A stretch of 64,000 bases of DNA from Camelus dromedarius (lineage: Eukaryota). The notes beneath the pieces are model-generated. The model did not search any database. It saw nothing but the letters and a program-made list of their open reading frames with translations, and had not been told where the DNA came from. The translations under genes and the position numbers were made by a program. Shown one piece after another: positions 35,366-47,200 of this stretch. Position 1 is the first letter of the stretch. Each line of letters opens with the position of its first letter. Where the stretch lies: the NCBI RefSeq assembly GCF_036321535.1, contig NC_087462.1, positions 23,932,001-23,996,000 on the forward strand, read 5' to 3'.

Positions 35366-36369
35366 GGGATGGTCGGTGGGGGGTACCCAAAGGGCCACAC
35401 AGTCTCTCATGCAGCACAGAATCCCTGACCCTCGGGCCACGTTAGTACTGGCTCAGACCTCAGGCAGCCAGAGCCCTCACCTTGTGGCCCCACCCACAAG
35501 GGGAGACCACAGTGCCACTCACACTTCCCGTTGCCCCAGGGGTGCCCACCTAGCACGGGCACAGGAATGGGGTACGCCTGGCTCTCAGTGCCAGCGGCTC
35601 CCAACCTTCCTGTCACCAAGAAAGGAAGGAGCCTTTTGCAGATCAGGACCATGCTCTGTGCCCAGCGCGGACGGGCGAGGCCTCCTGGAGGTTACCTCGC
35701 CCGCCCCTGTGACCAGCTGGCCGGGCACTGCTACTGTCCCATTTTACAGATGGAGCGGCCGGGGCTCTGAGAGGGTAGTCATTTCCTCATGACTACAGAG
35801 TTTGGAAAGGGAGTGGCTCCTCTGGCCACGGAGGCAAGTGGTCTCTTTTAGACACTTTTTTTCATCCATGGGCCCCGTGATAAGAGAACTTGCCTCTCTG
35901 GACAACTGCCCCTAAGACATAGCTTGTTTTCCCAATTAAAAAATTAACAGAAGCGCTCAGTGTCCACCGCGTGTATCTTCTGATCAGTCTGACTCAGCCA
36001 GTGTCCTGACCGAGAGGATAGAACTCCAGCCAAAAGTAAAGAGAACTGGGTTTGGTTCAGTCACCCAGCCGGTGTGGCGTGGGTGGTGGGTAATTCCTGT
36101 CTCTTTTTACACCATATCAGATACCCTACCCACTGCTGCTCCTTTGGGAACCACTGGCCTGGCCTCTCCTTATCAAAGCAGAAGATGGGTGTGGATACTT
36201 GAGTAGGTCCCAGAGGGTCTTCCCCTGAGTTCCTCGGGGGCGAGGCGGGCCAGCCTCCTCCTCCTCTCCCCGCCGGGACTGGCTGGCTGAGGTCTCGCCC
36301 TGGGAAGGCGGGGTGAGTCGCGGGGAGCACGCACACCAGGAGCCGGGACCCGCCACTCGGCCAGTCTAC

Positions 36370-36441
36370 CTTGAGGACGTGGCGACCGTACACGTGATGG
36401 TCTCTACTTATAAAGCCCGGGTTGAGCCTCGGGAAAACCAT
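36370..36441 (-). CDS. COL23A1: Candidate alternative (cassette) exon '8b' of COL23A1 (72 nt): MVFPRLNPGFISRDHHVYGRHVLK, COL25A1 NC2-like
   Basis: Pyrimidine tract CCCTCCTGCCTTTCTCACC...CTGACCAG| acceptor, AAG|GTAGAC donor, phase 0 at both ends, no stop; 11/24 identical to the recalled COL25A1 MVFPKINHGFLSADQQLIKRRLIK at the equivalent position (after GPR, before GDQ). Confidence 0.75.
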
Positions 36442-37558
36442 CTGGTCAGCAAACAGGTGTGTGGTGAGAAAGGCAGGAGGGTGATTTAGAAACCACCAGG
36501 CTACTTTACGGAGGCAAAGCCACTTAGCCCAGCCTGGGGAGAGGCAGCTTGGTCACTGGAGGACCACGTATTCCAGGGACGGCTGCCGTGCTTGGTTCCA
36601 CCCCACCGGCTCCTCTGCAGGGACCCTGCAGTCTTCAAGAGCCAGAGTCTGTCTCCTCCTGACTCCGAGTGGGCCCTGTGACTGGTGTGACGGGCAGAAT
36701 GCAGTGGACGTGAGGCTGTGTCTGTTTCGGAGACAGCTCTTAACCAGCCTGGCGGTTCCGGCCTCCTGCCTCTTGGAATGCTGCCCTCTGGGACATCCCT
36801 TTGGGAACCCCCTGCCAGGATGAGAGAGGCCCGAGGCGCCCAGAGACCCACGTGTGGGCACCCCCAGCTGAGCTCCCACCAACAGCTGCATCAATTACCA
36901 AGACCGGCTTTGTGGCTCCACCGCAGGGGTTCTCCACGCTGCTTCAGCCTCCATCGAGGAGACCCCTGGCTCGGCACAAGGCAATTCTGGGTCCCTGGGC
37001 CCAGGGGGCAGAGACTCTGATCTGTTTGCACCCGGGGTGCTGGGTGCCCACTGTCATGACTGCCACACATCTTTACCTCGGTAGCTTGGAGTAAGGGCTG
37101 TCACCCCCACTCCCAGTGGGAGAAACCGAGTCTTACGAGGAAGTGACTCATTCCAGGTCACTTGGCTGGTAAGTGGCAGAGCTGAACTCTGGGCTCAGGG
37201 CTGCTGGCTCCAACCACAGTCTCCCCTCTTTCTGGGGCCAGTGCCCTCAAGAGGGTCAGTCTCCAGCCTGGGCTGGGCCAGCCCCACTGTCTGCCCATCT
37301 ACGGTGATGAGGGTGACTGGGATGTCTGCCAGAGACCCTCCTCTTTGCAGGGGACAGCAGCCTCGGCCAAATCAAGGTGCCTGGGGCCTTCACTTTCATT
37401 TAAATGAAAACGGGCAGCGAGACAGACCACGGCGGGGAGTGGGGAGGCTGGGCACCTCTTTCTGTGATAAGCATAGGGACCCAGAAGAAACACTAGGTAT
37501 GCCTTATAATGATATAAAACAAACCACGCGGGGTGGGAGGAGGGTGCTCAGTTCTCAC

Positions 37559-37585
37559 CCGGGGGCCGAAGTCTCCTGGTGCACC
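37559..37585 (-). CDS. COL23A1: COL23A1 exon 8 (27 nt): GAPGDFGPR
   Basis: CCTAG|...|GTGAGA; identical to recalled human. Confidence 0.95.
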
Positions 37586-38789
37586 CTAGGGACAAAAAAC
37601 AGGGAACCCATTACGGCCATTTGTATTACTTCCTCACATGTATGGAACATGAAGCTCAGTGCTTCACGTTCACGGCCTCACTGCATTCCAATAAAAACAG
37701 CACACAGGCTCTATATCATCTCCATTTCCAATGAGGAAACTGAGGCACAGAGAAGCTAAGTAAGTTGCCCAAGGCCACAGAGCTAGCAGGTCCAGGGCTG
37801 GGAGCCGGGTGGTCTGTTATCTGTTGCCAGCCCCCAGACACAGCGGAGCAGAAGAGTGAGGGATGGTAACTGATGCACGGTTTTAAGTCGCCAAGTTTTG
37901 GGGCAGTATGTTATATAGCAATAGATGCCAAGTTTCTCTCTGGTTTCAACGCCCCTGCCTTAATCATTTCTATGACTTGGTGGCATTAGCCAGACGGGCG
38001 GGAAGGTGACCACTGCTGGCCAGCAGCACGAGTGTCTCATCATCTACGAAGTACCCTCAGACCACGACCTCGTGCAGTTTTTCCCATGTGACGCTGCTTC
38101 TGCCTTACAGAAGGAGACACTGAGGCCCACAGAGCTGGGCAACTTTCTGAAGGCCACACAGTTGAAGGGGGAGCCGGAATGTAAACCTGAGGCTCTGAAC
38201 ACCGGATCCTGTGTTGTGCTCAGCCCTGATGGTGGAGTGGAACCCTGGCCGTACTGACCTACAAGTGCCTGACCTCTGACCTATGAGGGCCACATCGCAG
38301 TCGGGGTTGGGGGTGGCCCAGCCCAGCCATGCCCTGCCATGCCTCAGAAGTGCCCGTGGGTCCTGCCACACCCAGGGCTGCAAAGACCGCAGGGCCAGCT
38401 CTCTCAGTCTTTCCTTGGAGAGGTTCCTCATAAAGAAAGGTATCAGTGGTCCCTGTTCAACCCCTGGGCTTTCCTGGCACCCTCCCTGTTTCAGGATTGA
38501 TTCTTTTGGAAACCCGTCATTCTGGGTAGACTGTGCTTTGAGTTTTGTTACACTCCGGTGCCAGGAGAACTCAGATCCAACCCTCCAAGTACTTTAAATT
38601 GTCAAATGTAAGCTTTGTAACCACTTTAGGAGGGAGGCACGACTAGCCCCACTTTACAGATGGGGAAACTGAGGCTCCAGGAGGGGATGTGAGTTGCCCA
38701 AGGCCACACTCTGGAACCGGGGTTTGGAGGCAGGTTTCTGGCCTCCTTGATCAGCCTACTGTGTCTGGATAGCCGCCAGCATTGCTTAC

Positions 38790-38816
38790 CTTTTCCCCTT
38801 TGGGGCCTGGAAGTCC
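38790..38816 (-). CDS. COL23A1: COL23A1 exon 7 (27 nt): GLPGPKGEK
   Basis: TCCAG|...|GTAAGC. Confidence 0.96.
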
Positions 38817-39449
38817 CTGGAGAAGGAAGGTAGAGACAGAAGAGGAGTGAGTGAGGAGGACGAGGCTGGCCCCCCTTCTCGCTTCCCCGAGGCTGTGAGG
38901 GCAGAAGGGCCTGTGAGGCTGAGTAGAGCCGTGGGCGGCCGACTGAAAAAACACACGTGCCTGTTAGCCCTTAGGAGGGGTGCTCTGCTGACCCCAGGAA
39001 AGCTCTGCACCTCCATCCTCACCACGAGGGAGACGGGGCCAGGGCAGTCACTGGCGTCCTCTCTGGACAGGGGCACATGTGCTAGTCATTCCCCCAAGAG
39101 AACAGAGCCCTCTCTGCTCAGCACCCGCGATGCCCAGGTGCCAGTGGGGAGGTCACCCCCCTCGGAGCCTGGCGGGGTGTGAATGCGGGGCTGGCTCCCT
39201 GCAGGCCACGGTGGCTGCCATCTCTCTCTGGCTGCAGGGAAATGTGTCTCTTTCAGTCTTGCCAAGTTACCAGGACTTCTAGGGAAGAGGATCAGGCCAA
39301 AAGGCACCGACTGTGGAGCTCAGAGACCCCAGGGTGGGGCCAGGCTGGGGTGGGACAGCTTGGCGTTCACACTCTTGGTCAGGGACTGACCTGATCACTG
39401 GCCTCCATCCCAAACCATCCATGTGTCCCTTCAGCTAGTAATGGAGTCG

Positions 39450-39735
39450 CTCACCCATTCATTCAACAACTCATCCATTTAGGGAGTTGGTAATTTTCTT
39501 CCATCTTTACTAATGCACACGTCATTCAGCTCTTCAGTCACTTGTTCATTCACTCATTTCTTCACTCATTTATCTGCTCAACCTTCATGCATTTGATCAT
39601 CCACTAACTCATCTACTTTTCCATGCATCCTACTGTCTGTACAGTTACTGATTCATTAACTCACTTGACTGTCCATCCATCCATCCATCCATCCATCTCC
39701 AATCGTTAATTTTATTATGCTGTCTCTCTGTGCGT
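39450..39735. repeat. Degenerate (TCAT/CCAT)n tract
   Basis: CATTCATTCA..., ending in (CCAT)5. Confidence 0.8.
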
Positions 39736-40174
39736 CTCATTCATTCTGCTGAGGATGGCCGTGGACCACACGCTCCTGGCCCAGGTGCTGAGAACTCTTC
39801 AGCCTGACGCCCACCATCTAACTCCTGAGACTGAATGGAGGGACGCGTCATGCCTGGGGCCTGCTAGGAGGGGCTCGTACGTTTTGAGGGCTGACTGGGC
39901 ACCAGGGACAGTGCTGTCCACAGTTCTCTGCATCCCGGCCTCCCTGTGGGGAGAGTTAATATGCCTCAGGCTCAGGAGCTGAAGAGGCCTCCCCAAGGTC
40001 GCACAACCAGCAGGTGGTGGAGCTGGATTTGAACTCAAGTCTGACGGTCAAATAGCTTCTCTCTGTGCTCAACCAGGTTCTCAGTGGCTCATCTCTCTGG
40101 CATCCACGGTCATTTCCAACCCTAGGGGCAGGACCCCACCCCAGGACCACCAAACCTGCCCTGCTATCACTTAC

Positions 40175-40201
40175 GGGTTTGCCATCCAGACCCAGTGGCC
40201 C
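40175..40201 (-). CDS. COL23A1: COL23A1 exon 6 (27 nt): GPLGLDGKP
   Basis: TCCAG|...|GTAAGT. Confidence 0.96.
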
Positions 40202-40750
40202 CTGGAAAATGAGAGAGAAAGAGCAGAGGTTACACAAGGGGAAGGCATTCCTTCTGTGTTTTATGACCCAGAGGCACTACTGAGTGACAAGAGACCAAAG
40301 CCTGCCCTGAGCCCGTGGTCTGGGCGCATCTCACATGGACGCAGGGTGGGGGGCATCTCTGTGCTGTTTGTTGCCCAGAACCCCCTCTCTGATAACACAG
40401 CCTATTTCTTCTCTAAAGCCACCCTCATCCACCCCGCAGGGCTTGGGCGCCTGACCACACTCCCTCGGCCACGGTGAGCCGGCCAGGGGTGAGTGCTGTG
40501 CCGGGGGCTGTGAAGGGTGCAGCTTCAGAAGAAAGAGGGCCCCTTTCTCCTGACGGGGCTAAGCCTGGAGCTCCTAGGGGCACCGCATGGCTTGAGAAAG
40601 AGCCAGCAGAGAGGAAGGCAGGGCTGAGAGGCAGAGAGAAAGGCAGGCGAAGGGCTTGAAGCTGAAACTACCCCTGCACACTTCTGGTTTGTCAGCAAAT
40701 ACATTTTTTTCCTTAAGCCAGTTTGAGTTGAGTTTCTGTCACTTGTAACT

Positions 40751-41099
40751 TGTTAGGGGCTGAATGTGTCCCCTCAGATTCATGTGTTGAAAGCTAACCC
40801 CCGATGTGATGATGTGTGAAGGTAGGGCTTCTGGGAGGTGATGAGGTCATGAGGGTGGGGCCCTTGTGAATGAGATTAGTGCCCTCATAAAACAGACCTC
40901 AGAGGGCTCTCTAGCTCGCTCTCTGTGTGAGGACACAGTGAGAAGTCAGCCGTCTGCAACCCTGGAAGAGGGTTCTCACCAGGACTCAACCACACTCTCC
41001 TCAATCTCAGACCTCCAGCCTCCAGATGGTGGAGAGAGATTTCTGTGGTTAATAAGCCACAACAATACTTTCTTAGAGTGGCCTGAACTGACTAAGACA
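40751..41099 (+). mobile_element. Full-length MLT1A-type solo LTR with 5-bp TSD TAACT, nested in the end of an older MLT1 LTR (~40560-40750)
   Basis: TG..CA ends; GGCTGAATGTGTCCCC..ATTCATGTGTTGAAA, CAGACCTCCAGCCTCCAGA, GAACTGACTAAGACA; TAACT at 40746-40750 and 41100-41104. Confidence 0.88.
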
Positions 41100-43350
41100 T
41101 AACTGGAACAATCCTGAAAGCTCCTTTGGCTTCCAGCATCGCTGTGGCCTTTGCAGGCAAAAGCCAAGGCTGACAGAAGCCAAATAACACAAGCGTGGGT
41201 CCAGAGAGCTGGGGCCTCTGTGGTGTCTATTGATGGCCAGTTACCACCGCACAGCAGCCCCTACTGGGCCCCTCTACCTGTCCACCCATCTAACAAAGCC
41301 TTGCTGAGCTCCACCTCCTTCTGGGGTCTGGAGGAATCCAACAGGGGGGCCATGGACTGGGTCCATCTGGTCTCTGCCAACCCTTGTCCTGCCCCCCACC
41401 ACTGCCCCCTCATCCCCACATGCACTTCACTCTTGACCTCAGCAAATGTCCTCGGCAGCTCTACTTTCCTGAGCTTTTGCACACACTGCCTGCCTGCCTG
41501 GCACACCCTCCTTGCATTTGGACGCCATCTTCAGCTCCATTACCTCCTCTTCCACAAACCCTTCCAGGCTCCTCCATTTCCCAGAGGCAGGCTGTCTGTC
41601 CCCGCGCCCAGCACATTTCCTAACTGTCACGTGTGACACAGTGTATTGTTCACGTGTGGTCTACATGAATCTTCCAGGAGACCTAGGGAAGGGTCTGATT
41701 CCTGCACCTCCAGGGCCCGAAGGAGACCTGGCACAGAGCGTGTGCCAGGAAATGAGTGCTGGGTCAGGCCCAGGGAAGGCAGCCAGGAAGATGAACCGTG
41801 CACACATACATATCATACGACATGGAAAGTGAAGAGAGGGGACAGACAAGGGGATCTGCAGGACGAGGGCCTGTCCAGCTTTGGGAGGGGCTGGAAAAGA
41901 TGAGGGAGCACTACCCTGAGGAAGTAACATCTGCGGATGTGTCATGGGGAGGGCACGATGGGCAGAGAGAACAGCCCAGCAAAGGCAGGGAGGAGGGAGT
42001 GTGCAGGGGGCCTGCCGGCAGAGGGGCAGTTTGGCCTCAGCATCAACCCCCAACCCTGGTCTCACAACCGTGCACAGTTTGTCCCTGCGGTTCCACTGCT
42101 ATGGCTGCACCCCTGGCCCAGCGTCAGGGTCCTCTGTGGCCAGGGGCCAGCAGTAGTTAGATGACCCATGTGTCTGGTCTCCTCAAGCTCTGAGACTTCT
42201 TTCCCATTTTCACGCCTTTGCATGGGCTGTTCCCTCTGCTTGGAATGTCATTCCCTGCCTCCTCCAACCAGTGAGAGTGACTCATTCTCGGAGACACACT
42301 CCGGCTCCAAGAAGCTTTTCTTGGCCCCTGGTTGAGGCGGTCTCTTCTTCCACAGTCCTGGACACAACCTAGGAACTGGCGAGCCTGCCCTCTGGGTCCA
42401 GCAGCAAATGGCCAATTTTCCTGGCTGGATCTCCAGGCTGTCTGGCAGACAGCCATCTGCCGATTCCCCAGATGCCATGACGGCGGCCGCTCCTTGGTGC
42501 CCTCGCAAACGGCCTCACTCCAGGCAGGAAACCACGGAAATTCTGAAAATTGGTCCCTTAAGTGCTTCTGGCCACCCACTTCACAGTTGGCCGAGGGTCT
42601 GGAGGTCAGGGTGATGGCCTGGGGGCAGCTGGGGTCCCAGGAGAGGTGGGGGCAGGGCCATTTCAAGGTCTTGGGGGTCCAGGCCCTGGGGGGTCACGGT
42701 CACAGGTGCATTCTGTCCCTGTCATCTGCGACTCACCAGGAGCTGCCCGAGCTCCACCCCTCATGCTCAGGCCCTGCTAAGCCTCCTCAGGGCCATGCCC
42801 CTCTGGGCATCTCTACCTTGGACCCCTCACCTGGGCCCAGCCCTCTCAGCTGCCACAACACACAGAACCCAGTCCCATCCTGGGGGCTGTTGGTGGCCCC
42901 CTCTACTGAATCACAACAGAAGCCCTGCATAAGGCAGGTGTTATCATCCCCGTCTTATAGGGGAGGAAACTGAGGCCCAGTGAGGGAAGACCTTGCCCCA
43001 CATGCAGCCAGAAGAGGAGGAGGCTGGAGCCCGGACGGCAGACGGCAGGCACTTCAGTTCTGTGTCCTCTCTGCACTCAGGCCCCTGCAGCGGTCTCACC
43101 TGGCCCTTGGCCACTCTCTCCCCTCTAGTCCCCCTTCACATGCCTCAGAGTTCAAACCTTCCCTGCTCCATGCCATTGCCCACTGGATCGCGCCTGCCCA
43201 CGGCACTCCCCCGTTACCTTGTCCAGCGTGGCTGCCACCACAGACTCTGTGACCAGGCCCTGCATGTGTCTGTATTTCCTGCTGACCTGAGCCCAAACAC
43301 AGTGCAAACTCTGCCCCTCTCTAATCTGCATGGATTAAAAAAGCCGTGAC

Positions 43351-43459
43351 GGGGGGAAGGGTATAGCTCAGTGGTAGAGCGCGTGCTTAGCATGCTCTGG
43401 GTCCTGGCTTCAATCCCCAGTATCTCCATTAAAAAAAAAAAAAAGTTAAGGAAAAAAAG
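43351..43459 (+). mobile_element. tRNA-derived SINE (Vic-1-like) with A-tail and degenerate TSD
   Basis: GGGTATAGCTCAGTGGTAGAGC (A box)...GGCTTCAATCCCC (B box) AGTATCTCCATT A14; flanks AAAAAAGCCGTGA / AAAAAAGCCATAA. Confidence 0.9.
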
Positions 43460-43506
43460 CCATAATGCAGATGGAAATGAAAAAGAGACAACGATGCAGC
43501 TTAGAA

Positions 43507-44260
43507 ATGTATAAAACTNNNNNNNNNNNNNNNNNNNNNNNNNNNNNNNNNNNNNNNNNNNNNNNNNNNNNNNNNNNNNNNNNNNNNNNNNNNNNNNNNN
43601 NNNNNNNNNNNNNNNNNNNNNNNNNNNNNNNNNNNNNNNNNNNNNNNNNNNNNNNNNNNNNNNNNNNNNNNNNNNNNNNNNNNNNNNNNNNNNNNNNNNN
43701 NNNNNNNNNNNNNNNNNNNNNAAAGATACCAGCAAACCCGTGTTCATTGCAGCATTGTTTATAATAACCAAGACATAGAAACAAGCTAAGTGTCCACCAA
43801 TGGATAAAGAAGATATATACACATAGACACCCATATATACACAATGGAATATTATTCAGCTATAAAAAAGAATGAAATCTTGCCACTTGCAACAACATGC
43901 ATGGACATCGAGGTGCATTATGTTAGGTAAAAAAGTCAGACAGAGAAAGACAAATACCGTATGGTCTCACTTACATGTGGAATCTAAAACAAAACAAAGC
44001 AAAAAGAAAAAAACCCACCAAGCTCTCATAGATACAGAGAACAGATTAGAGGTTGCCAGAGGTGGCGGGGGGCGGGGGTGACTGGGGGTGAAATGGATGA
44101 AAGGGTCAACAGGTACAACCTTCTAGTTATAAGATGAACGAGTCTTGGGGATGTATGTGCAGCCTGGTGACTAAAGGCAACAGTACTGTATTGCATATTT
44201 GAAAGTTGCTAAGAGAGTAGATCTTAAAAGTCCTCATCACAAGAGAAAAAAAAAAAAAAA
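43507..44260 (+). mobile_element. 5'-truncated L1 with an L1MA9-like 3' end and poly(A), interrupted by the gap
   Basis: TGTTCATTGCAGCATTGTTTATAATA, AATGGAATATTATTCAGC, GAAAGTTGCTAAGAGAGTAGATCTTAAAAG..CATCACAAG A15; flanked by a 27-nt direct repeat. Confidence 0.85.
43519..43721. other. Assembly gap (203 N)
   Basis: Run of N. Confidence 1.
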
Positions 44261-47200
44261 GAGACAAAGGTGCAGCTTAGAACCAAATAAAGCTCTCTTT
44301 TCTTCGTACACCAGGAGGGAGGGCACAGTGGCCTCATGGCCAAGTCGCTGGCGGCAGCTGGGGATGGGAGCTGGTCTCAGGACCTGGACCGCGTGATGAG
44401 CTCAAGGCGCCCCTGACAAAGGCCAGGACACAGTTGCAGACGTGGGAGTAACCTTGCCCAATAAATGCAGTTTAGGGGAGCAAAATAAAATGTCTGGACT
44501 CAGTCCTCCATATCCGCCATGGCATCTGCCCTCACCACAGCCCTGGGAGGCAGGGGCCATGACCCCTCCTACAGAGGCAGCTGAGTCAGCGGGATTGTCC
44601 CAGGCTGAACCAGGACCCCCTCTCCATGCACTGCTCTTCTCCTGCAGCACAGGGTAGCAGGAGTGGCAGATGGCCGTCCAGGGAACCTGGGAAGAAGGCT
44701 CACAGGCTTTGCCTTCCTTCCAGGAGTCCTTGTACATCTGTCTCCCTCACTGAGCAGACCCTCCCCAGGGAAGGGTTCTCTGGACCCTCTTTCACTTTGA
44801 ACCTCTAACAGAGAGAGTGCTGGTTCAGACAGACACACTTGCTGTGTGACCCTGAGAGATCCAGTCAACCTCTCTGAGCCTCAGCCTCCTTATCACCAGT
44901 TCTCCCTAGCAGGGCTGTTCGTGCCTGGGCTTCACTCCTGTTTTCCCCTAAACTCTGCCATACCCTTGGGTCCCTGCCAGCCCTTGGGATTCAGAAAGAG
45001 CTGCTCCAGTGGTCTCACGTGCATACCTGGTGCCTCCTGAGACCCTGTGCACTGTCAACCCTCACACTGTTTCCTGGACCCAAGCTGGGTTTTCCCATCT
45101 CACTTCCACTGTACAGTGTCCTGCCTCTACCTGGAGAATGCCTACTCATTCTTCAAGACCCAGTTCAAATGGCCTCTCTTTTGGGAGCCCCCCCCAGGGA
45201 GCAGCAGCATCCGTCCAGACAGCCTGCTGCACATCTGGGTCTCCATCCTTCGGGAGAACAGTCCTATAGTTGACCTCTCGGAGGCACGTGGAGGGGTCAG
45301 ACGAGGCAGCCTCTGGATTCAGACACACCTAGGATCAAATCCTGGCTTACCCAAGTACCAGCTGGTGACCCTGGGCCTTGTCATCTGTAACAGGGAGATG
45401 GGCCTCCTTGCCTTGTTATGTTCACTCAGTGAAACATACAAACTTCAGGAGACAAAGTAAGCGCCACCCACATGCCCCCAGTTCTTCCACCAGAAGTGGG
45501 TGGGGGAGTGCTGACACCAGCATTTTCAGATAGCAGTCCACACCACAGAAGCACATGCAGATCCCTGCCTTTCTTATTTTTAAAGCCCTGTATGGGCTGA
45601 ACAATACACATCTGCGGGTCCATCTGCCCATGGGTTGTGGGAGAATCTCGTCCCTGTGACGCACATCATAGTCAGCCCTCCTCACTCTGGGTTCCACGAA
45701 GGTCCCACCATGCACGTGAGATTCTGAGCATCATTTCCACAACCCTCCCGGGACCAACACCTGTAGTCTCTCCCAGACACTGCCCTGGAGAACTTTCTAG
45801 AATGCAAATCTGACCACACTGCTCTCCAGCTTGAGCCCCTCTGAGGAGCCTCACTCCTGAAGGATGACGTCCAGACCCCCTGGCCTGGTGCCCCAGGCCG
45901 GTCACTGTCCTGATTCAGTCCCTCCCAGGGCTGGGCTGCTCTGGTCCGTCACTGAGTCCCCAGGCCCAGTTCTAGTTGACGCGAGCACGCAGAGCAGTAG
46001 GTGCCGCTGTAGAAGGGAGCCCGGGATGTTCCCTTGGCTTTGAGCCCAGAGGGAGAACCTCAGTGCCACCAGCTCTCTCTAAATGCGCTCTGACGGCCAG
46101 ACCTCAGATGCTCCCTCCTGAGCGTGATCGTGGGCCCCCTGCCTCCTGGGCGGGGTGCTCCCCTCTGCCAACTCTGAGATTGTCCCTGGTGGGTCATCGA
46201 CGGTGCAGCCTTGGTCCCCAAGGCCTCTTTCTGGTCTGTGAGAAGCCCCAGAAGCGGCAGGAAACCCACTTCGCACCTAGGGCCCTACCTGACTTTGGGA
46301 TCACAGAGCTCTCGGCTCCCAGGACTTGGAGTTTTGAAGAAGTGACTAAAGCTTGTAGTTTCTGAATAAAGGCAGAGGGCACGTTAAGAGCAGCGATCTG
46401 GGAGACGCCGACTGCGGGGCTGAAGGAGAGTCATCTCCGATTCCCCAGGAACCCAAGATTGGAGCTGTGCATGGTTGGATGTGATGCCAATAACGTTCCC
46501 CTGGCAAACACAGAGCCCCAAGGTGTAAGTATTTAGAGAGCAGAGGGTGCTGACCTGGCCTCGGGGAAGGAGCCAGCCCACAGCCATGGCCTTGGGATAT
46601 GGGGGTGGCTCTGGGCTCATCTCTGATGACACCGAGGTAAGAAGGCTGTGCCCAGGCCCCTGAGTTCTCTGTCTGAGGCAACAGCTGACCCTTGGAGAGG
46701 CTGCTGGTTTACCCGTGGTCACTGGGAGTCACTGAGGAGGGGACTCGCAGAGGGGGTGGGGCAGGGGAAAGAAACAGCCTGGCATTGGAGTCACACGGAC
46801 ATGCCCAGCTTGGGGGCACGGTTTTGATCCGTCTTATCCTGCAGGAGGCTGGGCTCTGGTCTGTGAACCCTAGAGGGAGGGTCCTGCCCGCAGTTACTCT
46901 ATGTAATGCCTTTCCAAACCATTGTCCATGGAACACTGTCCTACAGTGTGTTAACAGGCTCGCCTGGGGAAGGGAGTTCCACAGCCAAGTAAGTTTCAGA
47001 AGGGCTGGCTTACACCCTGTGCAAGACTTGCCTGAGCCATCATTTTGCCTGTGGCTCTCCAGGAGGGCAAGGCTCTCAGCCGCACTGGGCCCCTTGTCTC
47101 AGGGCCTGGCTGAGTCTTAGCAAAACAGCTACTCTGGCTGAGTGACCATCTATGAAGCAGGCATTTCCATGGGTGGAGGGAGGCCCAAGCCTGGCTCTGG

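Noticed and set aside
36557-36564. GTCCTCCA|GTGA on the minus strand, a look-alike of the 8-nt microexon
   Set aside because: Preceded by TG rather than AG, no pyrimidine tract, and in the wrong intron for phase 1 to 0.
37370-37465. Possible second NC2-type exon just downstream of exon 8 (acceptor ...TTATCACAG|)
   Set aside because: In-frame TGA in phase 0, and no adequate phase-0 donor from the alternative AG.
43351-43430. tRNA-like sequence with A and B boxes (five copies in the window)
   Set aside because: A-tails, target-site duplications and no complete acceptor stem indicate SINEs, not tRNA genes.
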